Of a stretch of DNA of 64,000 nt, positions 1 to 13,489 are shown in pieces. Below the pieces are notes generated by a model that searched no databases, was not told where the DNA came from, and saw only the letters and a program-made list of their open reading frames with translations. Positions within the stretch are counted from its first letter, which is position 1. Each line of letters begins with the position of its first letter. A program made the position numbers and the translations under genes. This stretch comes from the human T2T-CHM13v2.0 reference genome, Homo sapiens, in the NCBI RefSeq assembly GCF_009914755.1, contig NC_060928.1, one strand, 5' to 3'.

Positions 1-60
1 TTGTGCATCTGTATGCGTGCAAGTGTGTGTGCCTGTATTTGTGTGTGTGTGCATGTGTGT
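1..60. repeat. Degenerate (TG)n microsatellite
   Basis: Interrupted gtgtgt runs at the window start. Confidence 0.7.
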
Positions 61-438
61 TTGTTATTTTGTTGTATTTTTAATGCCTAGTTGGCTTACT
101 GTATATTTTTATGTTTGCTTTGTTTGAAAAAGCAGCCATATCGTTTAACCTTTTGTGAGCTGATGTCTTTAATTAAAATTGGTCTTAGGCAGATAAGCAT
201 AGATGTTTTGTTTTAAACAGGCTGACAGTAAGCCTAACCCTTAACTTAAAAGTCCATAGACGCTTCCACAAACAATGTAAGCTAAATGCAAATGTGTTTG
301 TCTATTAAAAAATTTACTAAACTTTTTGTATATACAGGCATTATTCTAAGGGAGATACTATATTATTCATTAGATAACAGATCCTTTACTCCTGAGTCTT
401 CCTAAGACAGTAAAATTTTTTCCAAAGTTATGCATTTG

Positions 439-475
<37 letters not shown>
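439..475. repeat. Compound (TC)n(TG)n microsatellite
   Basis: tctctc...tctgtgtgtg read directly. Confidence 0.95.
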
Positions 476-892
476 AATATGTAGCTCTGATACATCAGGG
501 CCGCTTAAGTTTTTGATATACAACATTATAGATGAGAGTAGACATTTTGATTGAGTGTCTTCTTGTCTTCTGAAACGTTCTGCTGTCTCCAATTCATTCT
601 GCACTGTGTAATTTGAGACAGTTTGAAATTAACTTTGCTATGTAAATTACAGGCCATGGCGTTTTTGTTGAATTGGATCAAATAGAAATGCAGGAGAAAT
701 TGGTTACAGTTAGAAACTATTACTCAAAAACTTCTCATTTGGATCTTAACTATAAACTTTTTTTTTATTCATAAAAAAACTTTTTTTATTCATAATTAAA
801 TTAAATAGGGAGAAGAGGCTCTAAAATTAAAAGTGATTTGAAGAAGTTGAAGTCTTTTTAGGGAAAAACTCTGTAAAGGAAAAGATAAACAT

Positions 893-1188
893 TTAATTTT
901 ATTTTTGAGACAGGACCTTGCTCTGTCACCCAGGCTGGAGTGCAGTGCTGCAATCATGGCTCATTGCAGCCTCTACATTCTGGGCTCCAGCAATCCTCCT
1001 GCCAAGCCTTCTGATTAGCTGGGACTATAGGTGTAAACCACCATGCCTGGCTAACTTTTAAAAAATTTTTGTAAAGACAGGGTTTCACTATGTTGCCGAG
1101 TTGGTGTGGAACTCCTGAGCTCAAATGATCCTCCTGCCTCAGCCTCTCAAAGTGTTGGAATTATAGGCATGAGCCATGATGCTTGGCC
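893..1188 (-). mobile_element. AluJ SINE
   Basis: Antisense Alu dimer gagacaggaccttgctctgtcacccaggctggagtgcagtg...gagccatgatgcttggcc; J-type features (caatcatggctcattgcagcc, gagctcaaatgatcctcc). Confidence 0.92.
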
Positions 1189-2449
1189 CTCATTTTATGT
1201 TTTGAATAAGAAATTATTTGGCTTCAAATTAAATTATAAAAGACAAGTACATGGAATTTTCATTTAATATTTAGGGCTCTCAAACAAGCGTTAGTGTCAA
1301 CTACATATATATTCTAAACACCAGTAATTTTGTTGTTGTTGTTCAATATTTCCTTTGGAAAGTGCACTTAGTATCAACCATAACAATGAAATGCTATCAT
1401 CAGAGGTTTTTCTATTGTTTTGAAAATAATTTCAATACCTTTGGGGATGTGAATAAAATAATGCTAAAACTATTAACAATTACTTTTTTCAGGTATATTA
1501 ATTTCTGTCTATAATCATTTGGCAACTTATTTTGAAAGCATGTTGTCTAACGTGTTAAAGATTACAAAGTCTCAGTTCAGATCATGCTTCTCATTTGTTG
1601 CTCAATCCATTTTTTGTAAAATAAAAAATGTTTGCCCTATTTATAGGTTTTGTAATTAGTAGTGGTAAACCAATTCCACTGCTAGAATTTTTTAAATGAA
1701 TTATTACACAAGGGCTATATTGACTAAATTCGCACCTGTGTTATAGTGGAATGTACTAAAAATATCACTTACTTGAATTTTTCAGTGCTTAGCAGCGCAA
1801 GTTTAGTAAGATTTATTTCATATTCTTTTTAAAAGCTTCATAAACCTCATCTGTTTGCGTATTCTATTTTCTTCCACTCTAAATCTGACCTGTTATTGAC
1901 TTGTTTGTGTCGTTTGCTATATCCAGTTGTAGAAATTTAAGTCACCTTTATGCAATTCGCACCGTACTTATATAAGCAATTATTTCTTCATTTATGTGAT
2001 AGCTTTGAAAAATATAACATTAAATATCATTTAATGTCACTGTTTATTTAAATTTTTTGGTTCCAGAGGTTTGGGGCATTATGACTCAACATCTGATCTG
2101 ATTATTTTAAAATAGTAATAAAATTTAAATATTATAAAGAGCTCTACATAATTTGATTTAGAAAAGGTCTATTTTGGAGCATTGAATGTAATGTGGATTT
2201 ATCTTGTATATGCACATATGTTGGAAAATATTTGGGAATACACATACATATATGTGTAACATAATCTACATTTTCAGAATAGAATTAGTATTAAAAATAA
2301 AAATTCCTATGTCCTTCTAAGTGAACAATATTACACGCTAAACACAATCAGTTGGCTAATGATACTGTATGAATTCAGGGTGGATTACAAGAAAAAGCAA
2401 CAACAACTAAAGGGATGAATAACAGGACTTTTTTGACAATGTATATAGC

Positions 2450-2620
2450 TCAGGGGGGTCTTACCCTTTATTAGTGGGTGTGGGAGTGTGTGGATTAAAG
2501 TGTATTTTGATATAATTGACTTCCTTTGTAATCATATTTATTTTTCTAAACATTATTATGAGAAACATTTCATTAGACTTCCAAAGGAGTCCATGGCACA
2601 CAGAAGTTGAAAACTCCTGA
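2450..2620. mobile_element. hAT-Charlie-type DNA transposon remnant
   Basis: Ends caggggggtcttacc ... ccaaaggagtccatggcacacagaagttgaaaactcctg resemble Charlie-family termini; subfamily not certain. Confidence 0.5.
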
Positions 2621-2739
2621 TTGGACACAATAAATATAGCTGTTATTTTATCGTTGTTTACAACGTACCAATCATTATCCTAAGATTTTAATTGTATTCA
2701 TTTATGTCATTCTTCCACCAATTCTAGCAGGTAGCTGCC

Positions 2740-2825
2740 ATCACTAGACTTCATTTTTCAGGTGAGGTAACTGGGGTCACAGGGAGATTAAGTAACTGGC
2801 TAAGGGTCACACAGCCATAGCTGGA
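2740..2825 (-). mobile_element. MIR SINE core fragment
   Basis: catttttcaggtgaggtaactggggtcacagggagattaagtaactggctaagggtcacacagc is the antisense MIR core. Confidence 0.8.
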
Positions 2826-4739
2826 ATTCTGCTACAGAGATTGTCTTAATACTATATTGTATCTAGATATATTAGAAGCTTTTAAAATACAATAAACAGT
2901 TATAATGTGTTTTAAAAGACATCAGAAAAATTACCATAGATATTTATGTTATTCATATTTTAATAAAACTTCTTTAAATGCATGTGTTAAAATAACATTT
3001 TGCTTACTTATAGTCTACAAAGGAATTTATTTAAGTTTCCATTGAGGACTAATTAAATTTGTACAGCTATCTATTTTAATTTACACCTTTTAACTTGTCA
3101 TGAATATTTTTACTCTCAGAAATCTGTATCGGTTGCAACTTTCAGATTTTCAATGAATTATGGAATGGAGAGAAGCACCAAAGCAAATATCAATTATAAA
3201 TAAATGCATTGTTTGTTAGCATTATACCACAGGCCTTTACCTGATTACCATCTAGGAATCCTCATGAATTGGTTTGCAATACTTTAACCTAACGAGACTG
3301 ACATAATAGTCTGAAAATTGTTGCAGTTTTATATGGCTCTTTTAGTTAATGAGGTATCATGGGGTTTCTAAATGAATGCATCAATAAAACAACTTCTATT
3401 CCCCTGCTTTGGCAGAGTAATATTCACCTACCTTAACTGCTGAATTTAAGGAATAAGTTCTAAATCACATAACTTCTAACCATGAGAGAAATCTAGTGCT
3501 TGCTGACATGATATATGTTTTATGTATAACACAGGTGGATACATCCATCTTTTGAAAAGTCTATTTTGCTAAAAGAATGGTAAACACTTGTATTTCTGCT
3601 TCTATTAGCTTTAAAAGGAATAAAGCAAAGGAGCACAATTGTTTCTTTTTTTCCCATTTAATTCAGTGTGGCTGTCATGGCTATCAACCAGCCATGCTAC
3701 TGTTGCAGTTTTACTACGTAGACTATTTCTTGATTTATTAGCTTTCAGAATCAAGCTCTGCTGTGCTGTTACATTCTTTGGCTTACACAGCACCTGTGTA
3801 GACCTCTGGTGATATTGTTTTATTTATTATTCATGCAACATTAGAGGACAAAAGGGATTCAAGCTGGTTCAGAGGTCATCAGCACCCTTTAAGGTCAAGC
3901 TATTTGGCTTCTGAAGTCTCTTTCCTAATATTCTTTCTGATAGTCTCTTAAGCAGGGCAGTCCAATCTGCTAAAATGTCAGGTAAAATGTCATGGCCTTT
4001 GAAAAAAGGATAACCTAATGAAAAAAATACTTAAGATATGGCATTCTTGTCCATTTTAACTTACCTTAAGTGTTGTTATATCTTATGTAGGCAGGGTGTG
4101 CATATGGAGACTATTAAAAGTCATCCATCTCCAGAAAGAATACTCTAAAAAAGGGGATTTTGCCAAGCTGAATTTGACCATTTGTTATCATTAGAGAACT
4201 GTTTGTAAAAAACAGAATTTTCTTCTTAGCTGACAGTGCAGAAGCATCAAAAACCTAAATAATCAAGGCTCAGGAAAGAATTTTAGATTCATCCATCATT
4301 CTTGAACACAAAGCTCCCCTTCTAACTTCACAACACATGTGTTTTATATATTATAGCTTAATCATTCTCTGCACATCTAGAATCAGAGTGACTACAATTT
4401 GAATAGAAAGTGACTCTAGAAGCAATTCATCAGAATCTTTTCATTTTTAGAGATGAGATAATGCAAGAACTACTGTGAGACAATAAATTATGTTATAATT
4501 TATGAAGAAATATACAACTAAAATCTCTTTAATTATTGAGTATACAAATTTTGTTCTTTAATATATGCATAGATGTCAGTAATGACATTTAGAGACTTTG
4601 TACAAATATTTAATTTACCTTTTAATTCAACAGGTATTTATTTGAACAAAGGTATTTATTTATTTTTGGCAGAATAGCTATTCCTCTGAAACTTTCATCT
4701 CTATAAATTGTACACCCATAAATCTGGTTGCTACAGTCA

Positions 4740-5125
4740 GAAACTTAATGTTCTTTCATGTCCCACTCTCTCCCTTTCTTCTCTCCACAGTCCTTTAGGT
4801 TCTAACTACAGACATGTGTCACTTATTTCTTCCTTTGGCATCACCAGTCTGGTGCAAGCCACCGTCTCCCCTTACATGCTTCCTCTTACAGTCCTAACTG
4901 GCCTCTCTAATTTTACCGTTGCCCCTATAAAGCCCGTTCTCTACCAAGCAGCCAAAGGCATCATTTTAAACATGTAAATCACATTGTATCATTTCTGTGC
5001 TTAAAACAATTTTATATCTCCTTTTTTAGTCACAGGTAATTCCAAACTTTCTTCTATTCCCTCTAAGGGTCTTCGTGATCTGGCCCTTGCTGACATCTTA
5101 TTCTACAGATCCTGCCTCCCTTCCA
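4740..5125 (+). mobile_element. L2 LINE 3' fragment
   Basis: Typical L2 motifs caagccaccgtctcc...cctaactggcctctct...gcagccaaagg...gtgatctggcccttgc. Confidence 0.7.
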
Positions 5126-5139
5126 AACTGGCTCATATT

Positions 5140-5500
5140 TGTATAATAAACAGTGTGACTCCAATTTTTAATGTTTGAATGCTGATAGATTGTAATTCTC
5201 ACCTCTTCCTCTTCCCTCTTTGTCCTACATGTGAGCAACTGATTATCGTATCAGGATCCTGTTTCCTTTAGCACCAGATCTAACCACCATAAATGCCCTA
5301 GGCCAGTATCTTTTTCATTTTCTCTCGTTTCGGTGTTTAGACCCTTTTAGAAGCCACTTACTCGACCCATACAGCCTTATTATGTGAATAGGAAACTTTT
5401 TCATACACTTGTGAGGAAGTGTGTGGTGTCATCAGTCTCAACACAGGGTTCAACTCTTGGTGGGGAAAGCATTCATTTTGGTTCTGTGAGGCAGTAGAAT
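5140..5500 (+). mobile_element. Old ERVL-type solo LTR fragment (MER73-like)
   Basis: Begins tgtataataaacagtgtgactccaatttttaatgtttgaatgctg, resembling ERVL LTR 5' ends; family assignment tentative. Confidence 0.45.
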
Positions 5501-6849
5501 AATTTGTTATGATACTTTGGAAAGATACTTCTGTCAGAAGATACATTCTTAAAAGACAAAACTAACGGGTACAGAAAAATAAAATTCTTTATTCTGTATC
5601 TTCAGGTATAATCTCATAACCATTAGGGTTAAATTTAGTTAATTATTGTCTTTAAATGTAACATATTTCTGTCTGTTGAAAAGCAAGTCTTAGTACAGCA
5701 TTGTGTCACTATGTTTATAATTGTGTAATGATACCAATCAATAAACATTTATTTCATAGATGAATCATTTATTCTTTTATGGATGAGAAAGATCAGAACC
5801 TTCATTCTGACTTTTCAAGCACTCTAATATGACTGTTCTCTCATTTTCCTATAATTATCCCAAAAACTCTTATTTTTTTGTTATTTTTCCCCCTGAATAA
5901 CAATTGGTATAAACATAAGTACTTGCATTTTAAAGATAAGAAAATTCAAGCACTGATATTGCTGCCTGAATTATAGCTATTTGGTAGATGCATATTCTGT
6001 AGTTTTGATTCTATAGCCCTTTGTATTTGGTTATACCACACAAAATAACATTTTTTGAATCTAGCAGAAATAGTACTTTGAATCCTCAAGCAAATTTCAA
6101 TGGAAAGGAACTTTGGAATGTTGCTGGGGGCTGGTAGAGTTTATTAAATGCAGCATTTAGTTAAATACTCTGAATGCTGATCAGATAGTTATTAGAAAAT
6201 ATGGTGGGTTTATAAAGCTAGAAGTAGTTTGAAGTTCAATTATTTAGGCATCAGATTTAGAAGGAAGTCTATTTCACAGACATCAAGAGGAGGGAAATTC
6301 TTATTTATTCTTCCTCCCTAGATTTGAAATTATCATGCTGATGCCATGTAGTAGGAGGCTATCAGGTTGTCTTGAATTTTAATCTGAACCATATGGGCCA
6401 TTTGTATTAAAAAGATAAATTTCCTACTTTGATGTATAGAGACATGTGCAAGCTTAATTTGAAGCAAATCTTTTGCAGGAGATGAGGATATTTTAGGCTA
6501 TCAAATTTCCAAAGTAATAATCTTCATGTCCAATTCTGTCTTTGAATTCAGGAAAGGAAAGAAATCATAGTGTAAGTCAGAATGAGCAGGGTTCATAGGT
6601 GAGAAGGAATAAGGATTAGTTGAATTTGGAGAAGGAGCAGGTAAAAGAAGATATGCTAACTTAGATATGTTACAACAATGAACTATAATGAGAGAAGGTA
6701 GAATATGTAGCTGACTATCCTTTGACTCCTCCTGAAATGTCTCCTCTTCCGAAGCATCTACAGATTGGTCACCTCTCTTTTGTTGAGCCCTGCATGCCAT
6801 AAACCAATCTTTAAAAAAGATAATTCTGTCTTATTATTAGGACTCTAGT

Positions 6850-7070
6850 GTAAAACTGTCAAACTACCTGGCTCAAATCTGTCTCTACCACACCCTAGCT
6901 GTGGGAACATAGGCAAGCTCACTTATTTCACTTCTTTCTGGCTCGCTTTCCTCTTCTGCAAGAGAGAGATAATGATATCGCTTATCTCTGCAGCTGGTGA
7001 GAAGTTTAAATGAGTAAAACATTTAGAAAGGTTCTTGACATGTAGTAATCTCTTAATAAATGCTTAACTG
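6850..7070 (+). mobile_element. MIR SINE
   Basis: tcaaatctgtctctacca...ctagctgtgggaacataggcaag...tttcctcttctgcaa...aataaatgctta follows the MIR consensus order. Confidence 0.75.
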
Positions 7071-10000
7071 CTTTTAAAAATAATCTTGGTTTTGCAATAT
7101 TATTGGAGTTTGCATTTGCCCACGTTCTCTCTTCTATGAGATTTTAAACATCTTGACAAAATGTTTTATAAATAATTACATCCTCAGGTCCTATAAACTG
7201 GCCTGTGTGCAGTGAATGCTATTTATTATTATTGATTATATTCAACCCAAATATTTTTATCATATTTTTGACACTATTTTAAACATATAAAAATAATTAA
7301 GAATATATGTTTATCTAAGAGAATATCCTAAGATTTACTCACCTAAGAAACACAAATGTTACCTGTTAATCATGATACTAACAGGTGAATTTGGGGCCTA
7401 ATATGAAGAGGCTAAGTAGGAGTTTCTTTCACTAACCAGCCTCTATTGAGACTACATCATACATCTAAATTCTCTCTGTAATAATTCCAGCAAATATGCT
7501 CCTCGTCTCCTTTTTGCTGTTTAAGACACTTTATATTTTCTTAACTTAGTTTACCTCCTGACTTAGTATTTCCCTCATGCTAACCAGTGAACATTGGAGA
7601 ATGTTAGAAAATAATTTTCTCCTTCCACACTAGGTATAATGCTGGGTTAGAAACAGAATATATTAGCCACTGCCTATACTTCCGGTGGGCTTGTAGACAA
7701 TCTAGTTTATGTTACAAGGCTGCCATTATGTTTATTTACTCAACAAATGACAAGCAAGCAACTTAGACATCGTATTTAACACTGAGGGTTATAAAAGCAA
7801 TGTCTTCAAAAATAATAACCTGGAATATACTAAGTTCTTCCCAGGGAAAAGTTTTATCAGAAAAAGGCAACTTTGCTATGCTGCAATTTTCAAGAGAATA
7901 GATAACAGCCTGGTAACCAAACTACTTTAGGTGAACTTAAGAGAGATGGGCTTGTGCAGGGCACCTAGATGAAGCTTTCCAAGGGCATACAAAAATATAC
8001 ACCCCTGTTACTTTGCTTTTAGAAAGCACCACCAGCACCAACATCACTAGACTTGAAAATAGTTTTTCTGTGACTAGCAGAGCTCAGAATTGAGCTACTA
8101 CTGTATATGGGTTGACTCAATTTGCAGGTCTGTAATTTGTTCTCAGGGAATTGAAAAGACAGATTGGATAGCAATGTAGTATTCTCCTAGAGGAGACATA
8201 GGAGGGTGATGTAAAGCCAGTCCTTCTGGACAAACACTGTAGAGAGGGATGTGTATCATAGATTGCTTTGCTGGGTGGATTGCAGCATAGAGAGCATAAT
8301 CTTTGGGCAGGAGAGGCTCTTGCTTCAGATCATCACATTATTCATCCATGCAGCTCTGCAGGGAAACCAGAATACATCTATTTTCTGAAACTGGTAAATA
8401 GACCTACCACTGCACTGACACAGACACTGGAAAAACTACATACAATTTGAATTGTCTAAATACTTTTAAACTTGTTTCACCAATTCAATTGTAAACAGAG
8501 GAGAGAAAAAAATAATATAAAAAGCAAACGGTTTAGGAATGTCTTGACTCCTGTGGTCTACGGAGGTTTCCAGAAAACGGTATAACACAAAACATGAATG
8601 GTGATTAAATGACTAAATGGTTATACAAAGCAGGTATGCAATTCGTTCCTCAGAGATGATCACTGTTGCAAAACAACATAATCAAATTTTCCAGCTAGGG
8701 CTGATATTGTGGCGTAGAGTTAGTTGACAAGCCTGTTAGACACCACTTTCCTTTTTCATAGACATCTCATTATTTATCATCCCTTTAGTCTTTTTAATTG
8801 CTCTGGGCAAAGATTTCTTTATCCATTTAGCAATGGGGACTGAACCCATCAATACCCAATTTAAGCAAGGCGCTCATAAAGACAGCAGTGAAATTACTGC
8901 TCTGCTGCTTTTCTGAATATCAAGATCATTTCGCTTCTGAAATCAAGCCTTTTTTTGATTGCTGAGTAACTCTTCTGATACAATGTTTCTAATTAGCTAA
9001 ATCAAAATCTGAAAAGGTACATTTTGCATTTGTTTTAATGTATTTGTTAAATTATTATTCTCTTTTATTCATGTTTACAACACAGACAATTTGGGTTCCT
9101 TGATTCACTGATAGTTATAAAAGCATGAACAATTGTATTGTTTACTAAATACTAAATTTACTTAAATTTTACATAAAATAAACACCAATTATGCATTTAG
9201 TGAAGTTAGATTTTAGAACAAAAAGCCATAGTTTCCTTATTATGTATGCTTATTAGATACCCAAAATGAAATCTAAATAATAATTTAAAATAGAATAATT
9301 CAATTTATAATTATAATATTAGAGTTTTATTTTTATAAATATCGTAAGTATAATTTTTACATAACAGTTTGGGATAGTCAGCATTTCATATTTTAATTTT
9401 TATGAGTTATAATGCATAATTCCTTTTCAAAAATAATTTCAATCTTTATTTTAGATTCGGGGTACATGTGCAGGTTTGTTACCTAGGTATATTGCATGAT
9501 GCTGAGGTTTGTTGTATGATTGATCGTATCACCCATGTACTGAGAATAGTATCTAATAGTTAGTATTTCAATACTTTCAGCCCTCCATCCTCTCCTCTAG
9601 TGGTCCCCAGTTTCTGTAGTTGCCATCTTTATGTCCGTGAGTACCCAGTGTTTAGTTCCCACGTATAAATGAGAACATGCAGCATTTGATGTTCTGTTTC
9701 TACATTAATTTGCTTTAGGATAATGGCTTCCAGCTCCATTCATGTTGATACAAAGGACAAGGTTTCATTCTTTTTACGGCTGCATAGTATTCCATAGTGT
9801 CTCTGTGCCACATTTTCTTCATCCATTCCACTGTTGATGGACACCTAGGTTGATTCCACGTCTTTGCTCTTGGGAATAATGCTGCACTGAACCTGTGAGT
9901 GCATGTGCCTTTTTGGTAGAATAATTTTTTTTTCTGTTGGATATATAATCAGTAATGGGATTACTGAGTTAAATGGTAGCTTCATTGAACATTTTTAAAG

Positions 10001-11444
10001 AAATCTTCAAACTACTTTCCAGAATGGCTGAACTTCTTTACATTCCCACCATCATTGTATAAGCATTCCCCTCTCAGCACATGCAATATGACATCTGTTG
10101 TTTTTTGACCTTTTAATAATCGCCATTGTGACCGGTATGAGATAGCATTTCAGTGTGGTTTTGATTTGCATTTCCTGATGGTTAGTGATCATGAGTGTTT
10201 TTAAATATGTTAGTCTGCTACTTGTGTGTCTTTTTTTGAGAAGTGTTTGTTCATGTATTTTGCCCATTTTTTAATGGGGTTATTTGTTTTTTGCTTGCTC
10301 AATTATTTAAGTTCCCTATAGATTCTCGATATTAGACCTTTGTCTGATGCATAGTTTGCTAATAGTTTCTCCCATTCTGTGGGTTGTCTATTTGTTCTGT
10401 TAATAGTTTCTTTTGCTGGGAAGAAGCTCTTTAGTTCAGTTAGATTTCCCTTGTCAATTTTTGTTTTTGTTGTAATTGTTTTTTAGGACTTAGTTATAAA
10501 TTCTTTTCCAAGGTTGATATCCAGAATTGTGTTACCATTCTGTCTTGTTCCAGTTCTCAAGGGGAATGTTTTCAACTTTTCGCCTGTTCAGCATAATATT
10601 GACTGTTGAAGAGGTACTGTATCTCATTCTTTTTTATGGCTGAATAGTTCTCAATTGTGTACCACATTTTCTTTATCCAATCATCTGTGTTGATGGACCT
10701 TTAGATTGCTTCCAAATCTTAGCTATTGTAAACAATGCTGCAACAAACATAGGAGTGCAGGTACCTCTTCAATATACTCATTTAAATCTTTAATTCATCT
10801 TAATTTTTGTATATGGTGAAAGGTAGGAGTCCAGTTTCATTCTTCTGCATGTGACTATTCAGCTTTCCCAACACCATTTATTGAATAGGGAGTCCTTTCT
10901 CAATTGGTTATTTTTGTGGACTTTGTGGCTTTATTTCTGAGTTCTCTGTTCTGTTCACTTGGTGTATATATTTGTTTTTGTACCAGTACCATGTTGTTTT
11001 AATTACTGTAGCCTTATAGTGTAGTTTGAAGTTTGGTAGTGTGATGATTCCAGCTTTGTCTTTTTTACTTAGAATTGCTTTGGCTATTTGGGCTCTTTTT
11101 TTATTCCATACAAATTTCAGAATTTTTTTTTCTATTTCTATAAAAATGACATTGGTAGCTTGATAGGAATAGTGTTGAACCTGTAGTTTACTTTGGAAAG
11201 TATGACCATTTTCACAATATTGATTCTTCTAATCCGTGAACATGGCCTGATTTTCCATTTGTTTGTGTCATCTATGATTTATTTCAGAAGTATTTTGTAG
11301 TTCTTATAGAGATCCTTTACTTCCATGGTTAGATGTACCCCTAGGTATTTTATTTTTTGTGTGTGGCTATTCTAAATGGAATTGCATTCTTGATTAGGCT
11401 CTTAGCTTGAATGTAATTGATGTATAGAAATGCTACTGATATTT

Positions 11445-11952
11445 TCATTCTATTATAAAGATACATGCACACATATGCTCAATGCAGCACTAGTCACAAT
11501 AAAAAAGACATGGAATCAACTGAAATGCCCATCAGTGATAGACTGGATAAAGAAAATGTGGTACATATACAGCATGGAATAGTATGCTGCCATAAAAACA
11601 ATGAGATCCTGTCCTTTGCAGGGACAAGAATGATGCTGGAAGCCATTATCCTCAGCAAACTAATGCAGGAACAGAAAACCAAACACTACGTGTTCTCACT
11701 TATAAGTGGGAGTTGACCAATGAGAACACATGGACACAGGGAGGGGAACAACACTGTGACCTGTTGGGGCAGGGTGGGAGGGAGAGCGTTAGGAATTAGA
11801 GCTAATGTATGCTAGGCTTAATACCTAGGTGATGGGTTGATAGGTGCAGCAAACCACCATGGCACACGTTTAACTATGTAATAAACATGCATCCTGCACG
11901 TGTACCCTGGAACTTAAAAAATAAAATAAAATGAATAAATAAATAAATAAAA
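11445..11952 (+). mobile_element. 5'-truncated L1PA (about PA11-13) 3' end nested in the L1PA15/16
   Basis: ORF2 C-terminus (…LEAIILSKLMQEQKTKHYVFSLISGS*), 3' UTR and A-rich tail; host sequence agaaatgctactgat|…|agaaatgatttttgtacattg resumes on both sides. Confidence 0.92.
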
Positions 11953-13489
11953 AGAAATGATTTTTGTACATTGACTTTGTTTCCTGAAACTTTACTAAAG
12001 ACATTTATCAGTTCTAGGAGCTTTTTGACAGTGTTTTTAGAGTTTACTAGGTATAGAATCGTATCATCAGCAAAGAATGGTAGTTTCACTTCATTTTCTA
12101 TTTGGATGTCTTTTATTTCTTTCTGTTGCCTGATTGCTCTGGCAAAGGCTCCAGTGCTATGTTGAATAAGAGTGATGAGAGTGGGCATCCCTTTCTTGTT
12201 CCATTTCTCAAGGGGAATGTTTCCAGCTTTTTGCTTGTTCAGCATAATATTGACTGTGGGTGTGTCATAGATGGCTCTTATTATTTGGATGTTTGTTCCT
12301 TCAATTCCTAGTTTCTTGAGGGTTTTGTCATGAAAGGATGTTGGATTTCATTAAAAGCTTTTTTTGTGTCTGTTGAGATGATTATATGGTTTTTGCTTTT
12401 AATTCTGTTTATGTGGTAAATCACCTTTATTGATTTCTGTATGTTGAACCAACCTTGCATCCCAGTGATGAAGCTCACTTGATTATGGTGAATTAACTTT
12501 TTGATGTGCTGTTGGATTCAGTTTGCTAGTATTTTGCTGAGGATTTTTGCATCTATATTCATCATGCATATTGACCTGTGTTTTATTTATTCATTGTATC
12601 TTTGCCAGGTTTCAGTATCAGGGCGATGCTGACTTCATAGAATGTGTTAGGGAGGAGTCTTCCGGCTTGATTTTTTAGAATTGTTTCAGCAGGATTTGTA
12701 CCAACTCTTTTTGTACATCTGGTAGGATTCAGCTGTGACTTCATCTTGTCCAGGGCTTTTTTTGTTTGATAGGTTTTTGATTACTGATTCAATTTTGGAA
12801 CTTGATATTGACCCATTAAAAATTTCATTTTCTTCCTGACTTAATCTTGGGAGATTGTGTTTTTCCAGGAATTTATTTGTTTTCTCTAGGTTTCATAGTT
12901 TGTGTACATAGAGGTGTTCCTAATAGTCTCTTAAGATCTTTTCTATTTCTCTGGTATAGGTTGTAATGTCAACTTTGTCATTTCTGAATGTGCTTATTTG
13001 GATCTTCTCTCTTTTTCTTTTGTTAATCTAACTAGTGGTCTATCAATCTTGTTTATCCTTTCAAAAGACAAAGTTTTTTTTATTATTTGTTTGGATTTGG
13101 GGGTTTAATTTCATTCAGTTTCACTCTGATTTTAGTTATTTATTTTCTTCTGCTAGTTCTTGAGTTTGTTTGTTCCTGTTTTTCTTGTTCCAATAAGTGT
13201 GATGTTAGATTGCCAATTTGAAATCTTTTTAACTTTTGAGGTAGGTATTTAGCACTATAAGCTTTCCTCGTAAACACAACTTTTTCTGCATTCCAGAGAT
13301 TTTGATATTTTGTGTCTATTTTCATTTATTTCAAAAAGTTTTTTGATGTTTGCCTTAATTTCATTGTTTCCCCAAAAGTCATTCAGTAGCAGGTTTTTTA
13401 ATCTCCAAGTAATTGTGTGACTTTGAGAGGTGTTCCTGGTGTGAATTTATATTTTTATCCCCCTGCGATCCAAGAGTGTTTTTGCCACA

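Noticed and set aside
754-795. Short tandem duplication aaactttttttattcataa (similar ones at ~27011 and ~43028)
   Set aside because: Ordinary slippage duplications with no further structure.
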